DNA from: the human T2T-CHM13v2.0 reference genome, Homo sapiens
Assembly (NCBI RefSeq): GCF_009914755.1
Contig: NC_060930.1
DNA length: 64,000 bases
Strand: one strand, 5' to 3'
Position numbers and translations under genes: made by a program. The number at the start of each line of letters is the position of its first letter. Within the stretch, counting starts at the first letter, position 1. Positions 32,627-46,849 of the stretch are shown piece after piece. Under the pieces are notes generated by a model. The model ran no database searches, had not been told where the DNA came from, and worked only from the letters and a program-made list of their open reading frames with translations.

Positions 32627-33172
32627 TTAGCCAGGAGGGAGCTGTTGGGAAATGCCACCTAAGGAATGTTTTCAAGTGCAATTCTAGCACTTCATGATGT
32701 GAAGAATAAATACGATCTCCTTTGTAGTCCCTTGAGACGGGAGGTCGCACAGTCTGGGTGGCTCTGGAGTGGCTGATTTTGGTCCTGGGCTGTTGCTCAG
32801 GCTGTGGGGAGGAGCGGTCCCAGGCAGGAATCTGAGGAAGGAGCTACAGGGACTGTGGCCCTTGGCCAGGCAGGACGGAGAGCCTGCTGTGGATTTTCTC
32901 AGCGGTTAGAGTCTCTGTTGTCTAAGCTGGGAAAACTGACCATCACTGAGGGAGAAACACTGGTGGAACACTGACAGCTTCCTCAGAAGAAACACATGTG
33001 TGCTGCGCCCAGCCTGACATCCATGCCCCAGCCTGAGCACCCATGGTCTCACTTGGTGTCACACAACATACTTCTCCTCTGTCTTCAATGTCAAACCTTT
33101 CCCATGGCGAAAATGGGCGGGGGTGGGGCAGGGGGGATATAAGCTACATTTTTCTTAGTGTGGTCAGAGTAG

Positions 33173-33476
<304 letters not shown>

Positions 33477-33554
33477 CAGAGTAGCATATTCTTGATTTGA
33501 ATTTGTAGACTGGAAAGTTCAGTGTAGTCTGATGATGATGATGATAACGATGAT

Positions 33555-33800
33555 GACAGTATCAAGCACTTGTACAGCACTTACTACTCTTTAAGCACTT
33601 TTCCAAACATGTAACATACAGTAATTCATCTCATCATTTAATCCTTACAGCATCCTTGAGGTGAGGTCTTATTGTCATTGCTCCTATTTATAGGTGAGGA
33701 AAACTGAGGCATGGAGAAAATGATTCATTTCTAAGTGGTGCAGAAGGATTTGAACCCAAGTCATCTGACTCTAGAGTCCCTCTCGTAGGCATGTGGCTAC
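33555..33800 (-). mobile_element. MIR, preceded by (GAT)n at ~33530-33555
   Basis: atttaatccttacagc...gaggaaaactgaggcatggag...ggatttgaacccaagtc. Confidence 0.8.
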
Positions 33801-35741
33801 ACTGCTTCTTACCATGTGTGGTATGTATTGGGTGACTCCTTTCTGGCAGGAACAAGCCCATTAGGTTTTTTTTAGGCATCTGTTTCAAAGGGTTCTTCTA
33901 TATTTGTAAGCCAAACCTTTTTCTTCTGTTTCTCTCCTTCTTGCATCATTATACGATCCATAGTCCTCAGGACACACGGCCCCAGCCTCATCACAAGCAG
34001 TACATGCGACAATTTGTCCACCTGCTGTTCTGTCCCTGCCCAGGGCTGAGCACAACAGCCCACAGAGAATGCTTCTGCTGAGAGGTAGATTCTAAGGTGT
34101 GGACCCAGGATCTCTTAGGTAGTATTTTGAGACATATTTGGACAAAAGCTACTGAGGCAGTGTAGAAAATAGATACTGCTTGTCTTGAAAGCTAGGTCAA
34201 GGCAAATGTTTGTTTGTCTTTTAAAAATTATGGCAGTTAGCTGAAATTGTATTTCAACTGCTAGGAAACTAGAATGGCCAGATCTTAGAAACTGGTGGAG
34301 AGGCAGTCAGTTAATAAAAATTTCCCCGGAAGGAGTGATGGGGGAAGGAGAGAGGAGAGGGTGGGAGGAAGGAAAGGGAGGGAGCTGGCCCTTCCAGAGC
34401 AGTCATTTCCGGATTCTGTGGCCTTTCAGTGAACACAGAGGTCTTTCGAGGCCTCTCAGAGCTCTGGCTGCCTTCTCCAGTCTTTGGCTGTGGGAGGCAG
34501 CATGGGAGGAGCCTGAACTGGCCTGACAGGGGCTGTCCTTTGCCCGCAGGGCACCCGTTCACCCCCAGCTGCAGCTCATGCCATATGTTGGCAGGGCCTG
34601 TGTTTCTGTGTCTTCTTTCCCAGCTGGCCTGGGAGCTCCTGGAAGGCAGGGCCTCTGCCACCTTCTGCTCTGCATCTCAGCACTTGAGTAGAGTCTGGCA
34701 TAGACTCTACTTAGATTAGAGCATGGGCTCAGTACATACTTATCAAATTCAGTTGGCATCAAGAAGCCTGGATTCAAACATTTGCTTGGTGATCGTAGGC
34801 AGTGACTTGTAATGAACTAGAATATCAGTATTTTTGAACTGTAAAACCTCTACTACATTGGATTAAATACGGGACCATGTAAAGAGGCCACATAGAGGAG
34901 GCCTTCAATCAGGGTTTCCTTCTTTTTTTTTTGGCGGTCGAGCGTAAGCAGTGTCAGATCCCCATACAGAAACCACATCCACCAGGGAGTTCCTCATTGA
35001 TCCTCACCCATCCTATTAGCCAGGGACTGAAACTTCAAAAAAGAATGGATTCCCTTTTTAGAATATTGCAAAAGATCATGTCTGTTGTGGTTAAAGAATT
35101 GCCTTAAATAACATATCATTTTCACTTGAATATCCTGCAACAGGGGAACACTCGTGTTCATCCTTTCTTTCAGCATGTCCAATATACGTACAAGTTACAT
35201 GGGAGGAGGCTGTATAAAGGTAGTGGTGAAACATCAGCTTGGAGGCAGCCTGGTTTTTAATAAGATGTACACAGAACTTTTATGAAGACAGACATATTCT
35301 GGGACAGAAAGCAATTTTCAAATTTAAAAAGATTCAAGCCATACAAAGTGTGTTCTTTGATTACAGTGGAATTACATTAGAAATAAGTAACAGAAAGATT
35401 ATCTGGAAAATCTCCAAATCCTTAGAAACTAAATGACACATTTCTAACCCACAGTCCAAAGAAGAAATTAAAAGGGAAATTAGAAGCTATTTTAAACTGA
35501 ATGAAAATAAAAGCCCATCATATCAAAATGTGTGAGATGCCACTAAAGCAATGCTTAGTGCTGCTGGGGGTGGGGGAACATATAGCAGTAAATGTCTGCA
35601 TCAGGAAAGGTCTCAAAGCAATGGCCTGAGCTTCCACCTTAGGAACCAGGAAAAGAAGAGCAAATTAAACCCAAAGCAAGGTGGAGAAAGGAAATAATAA
35701 AGATAAAAGCAGAAATCAGTGAAATAGAAAACAGAAAAACA

Positions 35742-36098
<357 letters not shown>

Positions 36099-36265
36099 TC
36101 AATACAATTGATAAACTTGTAGCCATAATGATAAATGGAAATAAGGAGAGAAGACACATTACTAACATTAGGAATGAGAGAGGTGACATCACTACAGATT
36201 CTATAGATATTATGCACAAGCTTGTGCCAGTAAATCCAACAACTTAGTTGAAATAGGCCTGATAT

Positions 36266-36805
36266 TGTTACCAGTGGAGAATGTCCAGGTTCTTCGCGTT
36301 TTGAACAAAGAATTGGACAAAACACACAAAGCAATGAAAGAATGAAGCAATGAAAGCACAGATTTGCTGAAACGAAGGTACGCCCCACAGACTGGGAGTG
36401 GGCTGGAGCAAGTGGCTCAAGAGTGCTGGTTACAGAAACCTCTAGGGGTTTCCCATTGGTTACTTGGTTAGACCCTATGTAAATGAAGTAGTGGCCTGCA
36501 ACCAGTCTGATTGGTTGCAGAAGGTGACCAATCAGAGGCTGAAGTGAATTTTCAAAGTTACACCCCTGTGCAGATGAAGGCTAGGCCTGTGACCAGTCTG
36601 ATTGTTTGCGGGAGAGGACCTATCAGAAGTACTTTCCATTTTTCATCTGCAATGCAGAAAGTGAGGAGGGTTGGAAAGAGAACAGCCTCTGATCCTTTTG
36701 TTACCTGAGTGTGGAAAGTTAGGGTTTTCCTTTTGATTCACTTCTAGTCAGTCTGTGCAAACCAGCCTTAGTTTCCCTGCCTCCAGACCCTATTCTCCTG
36801 CCTTA
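36266..36805 (-). mobile_element. MER51-family ERV1 solo LTR
   Basis: Reverse strand starts (t)aaggcaggagaatagggtctggaggcaggg and ends ccactggtaaca; repeated CCAAT units; flanks atat/acat. Confidence 0.8.
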
Positions 36806-37578
36806 ACATTGTAATATAATAAGAAATACATATTTGCTCTCTGCTCCAGGTCCTTGGCACAGAACTCCTAAAACTCTTACAATTTCCTGAGCAATCAGTT
36901 GCTATGTACATCTTTTGTTATAATATTTCATCTTTGACCGCAGTTCTTGACCCAGATCTCCTAATCTGTTGGAATTTCCTGGGTGATAGGAGTGTCTTTT
37001 GTTCTAATGAGGCATGTCTTGGTGGGCACCTAAGTGGGTGCTGGTCACCAGAAAGACCAAGCCACAGTTAGAAACTTGGAACTTTCAGCCCTACCCCCAT
37101 CCTCCAAAAAGAGGAAGGGGGCTGGACATAGGGTTAATAATTGATCATGCCTATATGATAAAGCCCACATAAAAATCCCTGAAGAACTGTGGGGTTCAGA
37201 GAGCTTCTGGGTTGCTGAGCATATGTATGTGCTGGGAGAGGGGCCCAGAGAGGGCACGAGAGCTCCATGCTCCTTCCCTCAAGCCCTGACCTGTGTGTCT
37301 CTTCATCTGCTGTTCATTTGTATCCTTTATCACATCCTTTATTAATGTAATAAGTAAATATAAGTGTTTCCCTGAGTTCTGGGAGTTGCTCTAGCAAATT
37401 ATTGTACCCTCAGAGAGGGTCATGAGAACCTCAATTCATAGCTGGTCAGCCAGAAGTATAGGTTGACAACCTGGAACCTAGAATTGGCATCTGAAGCTGG
37501 AGTCAGGCTTGTGGGCCTGAGACTTTAACCCGTAGCATCTAACTCTAACGCCAGCTCCAGGTAAATAGTGTCAGAATC

Positions 37579-37878
<300 letters not shown>

Positions 37879-39080
37879 TCAGAATTGAATTGAATCGTAG
37901 GACACTCTGTTGATGTCTTCTGGAGAATTACTTGATATGTGGGGAAACCCCCCACCCACATTTTGGTGACATGAGGTATTCTGTGTTGAGTGTGGGAGTA
38001 GGAAAGAGAGTTTTGTTTTTGCTGTCTCATACAGGAAAATTTCTTAATAGGTATAACCTTTCAAAACCTCCCCTCAAACACACAACAAAACAAAACAAAA
38101 CAAAACAACAACAACAACAACAAAAACCCTCTAGGCCCAGATGGCTTCAGTGGGGAATTTTACCAGACATTTAAGAAAGAAATTCTACCAACTCTACATA
38201 AACTCTTCCAGAAACTTGAAAAGGAAGGAATACTTCCCAACTCATGCTATGAAGCTGGCAATACCCTGATACTAAAGATAAAGATATTACAAGAAAAGAA
38301 ATGTACAGACAAGTATTGAATTCAACAATATGTAAAAAAGCCATTATGATCAAGTGTGGTTTATCCCAGGAATGCAAGATTAGTTTAACATTCGAAAATC
38401 AATGTAATTCACCACTTTAAAAAACTAGGAGGGGGAAAAACCCCTCTAATCATGTCAGTAATGGAAAAGCATTAGGCAAAACCCAGCCTCTATTGCTGAT
38501 ACAAACAGCACACTAGAAATAGAAGTGAGCCTCCTTAAGTTGATAAAAAATATCTGCAAAAAACCTACAGGTAACATACTTGCTGGTGAAGGACTGAATG
38601 CTTCCCCCTAAGATCAGTAACATGGTCAGGGTATTCACTTTCACCACTTTTATTCAACACAGTATTGCAGCTTTTAGCCAGTACAGTTAGGCCAAAAAGA
38701 AATACAAGGCTTCTAAATAGGAAGAAGTAAAATTGTTTTTATTGATAGACAATGTGACTGTGTAGAAAATTCAATAGAATCTACAAAAAAATCTCCTAGA
38801 ACTAATATGAGTTCAGCAAGCTTGCAGGATACAAGATAAATATATGAAAATCTATTGTATTTCTCTATACCAGCAACAATTGGAAATAAAAATATACTGT
38901 TTACAATAACATCAACAATATTAAATAGGAATATATCTGACAAAAGATGAACAATATTTGTACACTGGAAATTATAAACCATTGCTGAGATAAGTTAGTT
39001 CTTAACTGAGAGTAGAGATAAATCATGTCCATGGGTGAGAGGATTCATTAGTGTTGAGATGTCAGTTCTCCCCAAATTGA

Positions 39081-39451
<371 letters not shown>

Positions 39452-40504
39452 CTAAAGCTCTTAAGGAAATTTAAAGGACCTAGAATAGCCAAAACAATTT
39501 TGAGAAAGATCAACAAAGTTGGCAGACTAACATTACCTGATTTCAGGATTTACTATAAATAAATCTGTACTTTTTAAGACAATATGGTATGGGTATAAAC
39601 ATAGACAAATAAATAGATCAGTGATTCAGCCATTCCACTCAGAGATATTTACACAAAAGAAATGGAAGCATATTCCATACAAAGATTTGTACATGAATGT
39701 TTTAAACAACTTTATTTATAATAGCCCCAAACTGGAAACAACCCACATTTCTACCAACAGGTGGATGGATAAATTGTGGTACATCTTTATGATGGATGCT
39801 ACTCAGCAACAGAAAAGGAATGAACTATTAATCCATGCAGCAGTGTAGCTGAATCTCCAAATAATAGTGCAGAGTGAAAGAAGCCACACTAAAAAGTACA
39901 GTGTTATGATTCCATTTATGTAAAACTCTGGAGAAGGAAAACTAATCTGGAGTGACAGAAAACAGGTCAATTTTTTCCTGGGAATGGGAGGAGGGAGATT
40001 GCACAGAAGCATGAAGAAGAAACTTTTGGAGGTGTTGGATGTTTCCATGATGTTAGATCATGCAGATAGTATGCTTGTGGTTGTTGTCTGCCTTAAATAC
40101 GTTCAGCTTATGGCATTTCAATTATGCCTTAATAAAGCTGCTAAAAAAAAAAAAACTCACTGGGAACCTTGTAGCCTCTTTCCCAACCATTCTACTCAAA
40201 CTTCTCTCATCTAAGACACACTGGCCCTTTCTTGCCCGATCCATTATATTTGTCTCTGTCCTTGATTTACTTAACTTCTCATTGCACTTGACTTAGGTGA
40301 GCACCTCTTTCTGCTAGAAACACTTTTCCTTCTTGGCTTCTGAACAGCACATTCTCTTGGGTTTTTCCCCTAGCTCTTGTGGCTCCAAGTCCTCTAGCAA
40401 ACCTCATTTGTTAGGGTCACCTTTGACCCTATCTTCCTCTCTATTTATACTCTACTCAGCTCCAACGTTATCCCACCTAGTCCTGCAATTTAAAGCAGCA
40501 GCAT

Positions 40505-40712
40505 CTGTACATCCCAACAGAATTTTCTGGGATAATAGAAAGAGTCCCTATCGGCATTGTCCACATGGCAGCCACTAGCCATCTGTGGCTATGGAGTACT
40601 TGAAATGTGGCTAGCGTGACTAACAAATGAATTTCAAATTTTATTTATTTTATTTAATTTCAATTTAAATAGCCACATATGGTTAGTGGCTACCGTATTG
40701 AATAGTCCAGGT
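40505..40712. mobile_element. MER3-like DNA transposon within L2 remnants (~40170-41600)
   Basis: gcagccactagccatctgtggctatggagtacttgaaatgtggctag...gtggctaccgtattg. Confidence 0.75.
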
Positions 40713-42599
40713 CTAGATCACTGTATGTTTACAAACTGTGGGTGGGAACACATTTGCTGGTCTTGACTTTTATTTTTTCAGAATAAAATAAATTCTATTT
40801 TTCACAAAATATTTGTTTCAGGCTGGTATCTCCAGGGCTCACACATAGTTGTTTTTTTGGTTTGGTTTTGTATGTAAGTTGAAAGGCACTGATCTAGATG
40901 CCAGTAATGTCCATGTTAATGTTTTCAACCATGAGCTGAGGCCCAAAGTCATATTTGTCATCCTGACATCTCATCACAAATCTGTAAGCCTGGTGTTTTT
41001 CCCTCCAGTTTTCCCACACCTCAGCAAATGGCACTATCTTTTCCTCCAGTTGATGCGGAACAGTGACCTTAATTTTCTGCTTTCCTGTTCCCCCTCCCCG
41101 CCACACCCTACTCCCACACTCAGTCCAGCAGCAAGGTCTACTGGCTCTGCCTCCTAAATGGGTCCCGGGTCTACCCACTTGTTTCCATCTGGGTTTCTAT
41201 CAACATACTCTAAGCCCATGGCATCTCTTGCCTGGAGTACTGCTGTAGCTTTAAACTGGTCTGTGATTCACTGTTATCTTCATAAGACCCACAGTGGCCA
41301 AAGGAATCTTCCAAAGCCATAAATCAGATGCTGCTGCTGCCCTACTCCAGAGCCTCCAAGAGCTTTCCACCGTGATGCTCTGTTGTCACCTTACTGTGCC
41401 TATGAGGCCCTGGTGACTGGGCCCAGCCCTCCGCCACAGTCACCCTGTCCATTCTGTGCCAGGGACTTCCACTTCCTTGCTTATTTATCTTCAGGGCTCT
41501 GCACATGTGCTGTGACCTAGGCCCGCCAGATCTTCCCAAGATGGCCCCTCTCTGTTAATTCGTCTTAACTCAGAGGTGATTTCCTCAAAGGAGCAGCACT
41601 TCTCTGACTAAATCAGTGTCTGTAACCCAAGTTGGAGTGATAGTATTTTAGGAGTAAATGAGATACATTGTTACTGAAATAGAGTGCTTTTGAGTAATAG
41701 GAGCCAAGAGCCATCAAAGTATTCTTGACTAGAGATCCTTGAATTTTCTTTGCAAATCATCTGTAATCAACAAAATCCTTCTGTGCAAGTGATACTGCCA
41801 AGTTTCTGTATGGAGAATAAATATTGGTCTTGCTATTTTTTAACTTACTCGACTGAGCACCCCATTATGCAAATTTAATGAGCAGTTTAAAATATGCATA
41901 TTATGCACAACATAGTGTATTAAGATATAGATGTATAAATTATGTTAATATAAAATTTAAAATGAGAGTATTTCATTAATGTGAATATATCATATGCACA
42001 AGGCAAATAGCATTTATTTAAACTTTTTAATCTCTGAAATTTATGTACATCATGGTTAGCTTTGTGAGAAAGTTTGAATTTGATTTAGGTTACCAAATTT
42101 GATTTCAATTATCCAAATTTAAATTTGATTGTCATGAAGAGAAAGGGTCTGTAGGGTCGATTATTCCTTATGTAATTTTAGTCTTTACTTTTGAAAATGT
42201 GTTATTAAAATAGTGCAGAAAAATTACCAGTTATTAACAAAATAAATTATAGGGTTTGTGATTTTTGACCTTTGCTTTAAAAAAAAAACAAGCTTACATT
42301 CAAATACTGAAACTTTTTGTAGTAGTCATATGCATAACAGATTCCAAAAACAACAAAATTGAAACTGTATGTGCAGAATACTATGTATTGGTTAAACCAC
42401 ATAACACAGGAGGCAATAGGAAATGCATTTACATTTGCAAAATGAAAATTGAATATAAATAGGAAAATGTGGCATGATTTTATCCTAGAAAATTATTTAA
42501 ATCAGAATAGACAGTGTTCAGAAAATTAAAATAAGGCCTCCATTTTACTTCACTTGTATTTCATTCTGTACAAGTTCAGAAATGGTGGTGATTAAAATA

Positions 42600-43050
42600 T
42601 TTAAGTCACTTTACATTCTTCTGGGATAGCTCTCCAAAGGGAATAATCCAAGCTACAGACAAAAATTTATGTACAAAGACATTAGTTATGGCATTTTTTA
42701 TAATTTTGAAAAGTCAGGAGCCATCCAAATATCCAGTGGTGGGAGGAATTAAGCAGATTGTATAACATCCTTACAAAAAGATTATATAACCACTAACATT
42801 AATTTTTAGGAAGATTGTTTAATGTGGGAAAAAGCATCTGACATAATGCTAGGTGAAGAAAAAGGATATATTTATATGGTATGATCTTAATTAGGTGAAA
42901 ACAATATATTTTCTTCAATATCCATAGAAGAAAATATATTAATAGCAGTTAATTCTGAGGACTGCATTGTTGCTGGTTGTATTTTCCAGGTTTTCTAGAA
43001 AAAACACATATTACTTTTATAATAGGGAAAAGATTATTCATAAAATAAAT
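42600..43050 (+). mobile_element. Old L1ME 3' fragment
   Basis: atgtacaaagac...ttataattttgaaaa...tccaaatatccag...ttacttttataat. Confidence 0.55.
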
Positions 43051-43708
43051 TTTGGTGCTAATATAATATTAAATATTTAGGGTTACTGTGCTTTATAGCC
43101 AGAGAGTAGTGCAGGGCTCATTTAGTCTGGGAGCTCATGAGTGAGGATTATAATTGATAAGGGAGATTGAGAGCTGTTTTTCAGATGGCTCCATGGACAG
43201 CAAAGTTCCTCGGTGTTTTTGCTCTCAGATAGTCCCTGATGTGCTCAGTTCTGTCACTTACTGACTGTCGCTTGCTGATCAGAAAGTCTGATTGGCTGTT
43301 AGCTTTGTATTTGACAAATATAAAACAGGAAGACCAGGTAGTTGTTACCTAATAAATATGACTTATCTGGTGGCCAAACATTTTAAAACAGGAGGCAACA
43401 ATGAGAGATTCCTGATTGTGTAAAGTGGGAACCATTCTGGATCATTTTTCAGTCTTTAGGTTCTGATCGATTTACAGGTCATGAAATCCTTTTAGTGAGT
43501 CTTCCCTAGCATTACTTTGTAAATGAAATTAGAGTAGAATAGAAATACCAGAGTGCATGGCATGTAGTAAGTATCCTGTAAGTTTTAATTTCAGATGTGT
43601 GTTTGTAGGTACCGGATTGTAACATAAAGTGTGTTTTTGTTTTGGTGTGGTTTTTTTATCTATAGTTTGCTGTCAAAAAACTTCAAAGACTCTTAGTGTG
43701 ATCTACAC

Positions 43709-44276
43709 CAGTGGTGTGCAGTATTCTCCAGTGATAAGTAGCATCAGTGTCACCTGGGAGCTTGTCAGAAATGTACCTTATTGGGCCCCACCCAGATCTA
43801 CTGAATCACAAACACTAGTGGTGGGTCCCAGCACTGTGTGGTCCTTAATGAGTCCCTGTCTTAGTAGTCAATTTTCTGTTGCTGTAAGAGAATATCACAG
43901 GCTGGGTATTTTATTATAATAGAGGTTTATTTAGCTCACAGTTCTGGAGGCTGGGAAGTCCAAGAGCATGGCACTGGCATCTGGAGAGGGCCTTTTTGCT
44001 GCGTCATGTCATGGTGGAGGTTGTCACATGGTGAGAGGACAAGTGTGTGCCAGCTCAGGACTTTCTTCTTCTTATAAAGTCACCAGTCCCATCTTGGGGG
44101 CCCTACTCTGATGACCTTATCTAATCCGAACTACCTCCCAAAGGCCCTACCTCCAAATGCCATCAACATATTAATTTGAGGATTAAGTTTCCAATACATG
44201 AAATTTGGAGGACACATTCAAACCATAGCAGTCCCCCTGGTGATTCTGATGCACACTCAAATTTGAGGCACACTAG
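43709..44276. mobile_element. MER5A split by an MLT1A LTR
   Basis: cagtgg...agcatcagtgtcacctgggagcttgtcagaaatg...[LTR]...ggtgattctgatgcacactcaaatttgaggcacacta. Confidence 0.8.
43857..44230 (-). mobile_element. MLT1A/MLT1A0 MaLR solo LTR
   Basis: 374 bp, tgtcttagt...aaaccatagca; perfect 5-bp TSD gtccc at 43852-43856 and 44231-44235. Confidence 0.9.
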
Positions 44277-44289
44277 TCCAGCCTTGCCA

Positions 44290-44435
44290 TTCTTGGTGAG
44301 GTTCAAGGACTAACACTGGCATCACCTGTGAGCTAGTTGGAAATGCAGAATCTCAGACCCCAACCTGGACAGGCTCACTCAGAATCTGTGAGATCACCAG
44401 TTAATTTATTTGCATGGTAATGTTAAATAGCTCTG
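44290..44435. mobile_element. MER5-type fragment
   Basis: gcatcacctgtgagctagttggaaatgcagaatctcagacccca. Confidence 0.6.
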
Positions 44436-44719
44436 ATCTCAACACAAATGCCTCAGGGGCCAAGTAGGTCATGTCAGTAGTGAAAGTAGCCTGGTTTCCC
44501 CCGTAAAGAAAGTAGAACAATAAGAAGGCATTGTGGTGTGAAGTTTTAGTATTCTTGATTTGTTTTTAAAAATCCTGTATTATACCAGTGGGGGTTAACA
44601 CATTCAACCAAATTCATCAACTAAGGTTAACTGCAGTTGACATCAATTACTTTAAGCAGATTTTTAAACACAGAATTTTAATAGTGACCCTCATATTAAC
44701 TTCTTCTGATCTCTTTTAG

Positions 44720-44794
44720 GAATTTATCAAAGAGCTGCTTTCTCGGATAAGAGGCATGAGGAAACTGAGCCCTCCGCAGAAGAAGAGTGTATGA
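44720..44794 (+). CDS. PPP1R14C: PPP1R14C terminal coding exon (exon 4), EFIKELLSRIRGMRKLSPPQKKSV*
   Basis: Acceptor cttcttctgatctcttttag|GAA with upstream ttaac branch-like motif; TGA at 44792-44794. Confidence 0.97.
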   Translation, partial: EFIKELLSRIRGMRKLSPPQKKSV

Positions 44795-45281
44795 TTCTGG
44801 AACAGGGTGAAACTCTCCCAGAGACGAAGAAAGAGTCCTGGGATTTGTACTTCATGAAGACTTTTGTGAAAGAATAGGTGTCCTTATGAACAACGTTTTT
44901 GTTTTTTTTTTTTTCTTTTTTGGTGTGAAGGTGGGGGGGTCTATTAGACATTTATTCAAGAGCGTTCTTTTTTTGGTTTTAAAGGTTTTTGTTAATGTAA
45001 TATTTTAATAGCAAAGATATCATGACTCTAGCCACAGCCTAACCAAGGATTATCAAAGGAGGTGGACACTCAAGGAAGGGCCACGCCAGGCTGCGTTTCC
45101 TGCAAGGACTCAGATGTTCAGTACCTTATGATACAGGGAAGATAGTTTTCTTACAAGTAGTTTGGTAATATTTTTTTTCTTAAGTTGTACATTTGACTCA
45201 GCTGTCAAATTTCTCACACTTGTATATATCTACACACAACTAAGTTAAAATGTTGATGTGAGTTTTATTTCACATGGATGG

Positions 45282-45287
45282 AATAAA
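45282..45287 (+). terminator. Proximal polyadenylation signal AATAAA (candidate)
   Basis: Canonical hexamer ~490 nt after the stop, with upstream TGTA motifs (45186, 45221) and downstream G/T-rich sequence. Confidence 0.55.
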
Positions 45288-46310
45288 CTTGTGGTTGTCC
45301 TTTAACTGGAGGTCCCAGCACATGTGTTTTCAAGAGGCCACTAGGCATTCTTCACTGAGTGCTGCTGACTTCAACGTTCACTTTATGCACCAAAGTGAAA
45401 GAATTCAGTGTATCCGTTATTTTAATGCACTACACCACAGAAATGTTAAGTTGGTCAAGGGCTTAATTTATGGAATTTCTATTATTTCATTGGTTGGGAT
45501 GCTTTGCCAGGTCATGTGCTTATTGTCTCATTTTGTAGTCTTTTAAAGTTGTATGAACCCTTAATTTGAAGAACTAACTTGATTTCTAGAGAAATATCCA
45601 CACTATCTCAGTGGTATTTTGCATTGGAAAAAGGAAGCACTGTGTAGCAGTGAATTGTCTGCTTTCCACCGAGTACTGTGTTTATTCTCTCTCCAGGAAA
45701 GCAGATCAAAAGAAAGTTAGCAGATCGAGTGTCTTCTTCCTTAGAAATAGGTTCTGGTAGCTTCTGTGCCTGGGTAGTATCAGACCAGTGGGAGTAAACC
45801 GAGTGTTAAGTGTCAAGGTGAGAAAGCCTCACATTCTCTCAAGACAGTTGCTCTAGGAGCTGAGTTGCTGGTTTGGAAGTGTGGAGATTGCATTTCTGGC
45901 TTCTCTCAATGGCTTGTGTTGAGGACTCTGGGTGCTCCTGGCCCTAATTGTGCACCCTGATCCCCGTGCTTGGAGCTAGGCCTGGTGGCGTGCTCTAGCC
46001 CTCTCAGTTACCAGCTCTTTGGAGAAGGATCAAAATTCAGATGGAATGTGGGATGGGTAATAGGTGAGAGTAGAAACCCTTCCCTCCAGGAGGCCCCCGC
46101 TGACTCCCACAGAAACCCACCTACCATAAGATGTCTTCAGGTGGCCTTGTCCAAGGATGGGGGTCAGGCATTTTATATCAAGGGTGCTCTGAACATATTT
46201 TATTTTTTAAAAAAACTATGTTTGTGAATTTTGCGTATACTGGCAAGCTTTTGAAAATGTATTTAATTTTGTATTGTTTACCAATGATTTATTTACAAGA
46301 TATTTACTCA

Positions 46311-46316
46311 AATAAA
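46311..46316 (+). terminator. Distal polyadenylation signal AATAAA
   Basis: Canonical hexamer with U-rich/TGTA upstream elements; CA dinucleotides ~13-25 nt downstream, followed by GU-rich tgtgtggcttg. Confidence 0.8.
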
Positions 46317-46849
46317 TGGAGCTGCTTACAAGCCTGTTGACATGTGTGGCTTGCACAACACGTTAACATGATGGTTTTGCTGTGTCAGTTTCTCTGCAGA
46401 GGTGAGGACCAAGCACCTCACCTCGTTTCATTTCATTTTCAAGGATTTCTAGGCATGTAATCCTGGCCCTCTCCTCAGGCATCTTCAGATCAGGTGGTGA
46501 AAGCAAAGGAGCTGGGCCACATTCTTGGGCTGAGAAAGAAGACGAGCTCTGTGTGCTCAGCCTGGCACTGTCCTAGGCCATGCTCCTTTCATTTAATTAA
46601 AACTCCTCTTTGCCATCTTACAAGAACCCTCAAAAACATTTCAAATTAGTAAACTATTCCACTTGTTAGAATGCCTTGCACCATGGAAGTCGGAAAAATA
46701 CAGAATGGGCAGGATTTCTGTTAGGCTTAATTGACCAGCCCATGTGATGGTCTCAGATGAAGTAAGAATTGACTTTTCCTCCAAAGGCCTCTGCTCCCAC
46801 CACACACTTCCTCCCCACCTTCCCTCCTGCCCTGATCCCCGTGAGTGCT

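Larger units (their letters stand above)
44795..46340 (+). other. PPP1R14C: PPP1R14C 3' UTR
   Basis: U-rich sequence after the stop codon with no recognisable interspersed repeat. Pumilio-type TGTATATA at 45221-45228; ATTTA motifs near 46261-46295; ends after AATAAA at 46311. Confidence 0.85.

Noticed and set aside
34920-35000. T-tract followed by ggcggtcgagcg, a possible small-RNA (Y or vault) retrocopy
   Set aside because: No convincing match to recalled Y, vault or tRNA sequences, and no TSD.
35160-35226. Possible 46-nt cryptic exon (ctttcag|CATG...AAG|gtagtg)
   Set aside because: Weak donor and no other support; expected by chance in a 32-kb intron.
41860-42480. AT-rich block with an ATGCAAAT octamer (41867-41874) as a matrix-attachment region or enhancer
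   Set aside because: A single octamer in AT-rich DNA is not distinguishable from chance.
44780-44800. C-terminal KKSV as a class I PDZ ligand, or stop-codon readthrough
   Set aside because: Position -2 is Lys rather than Ser/Thr, and the stop context is TGA-TTC rather than TGA-CTAG.
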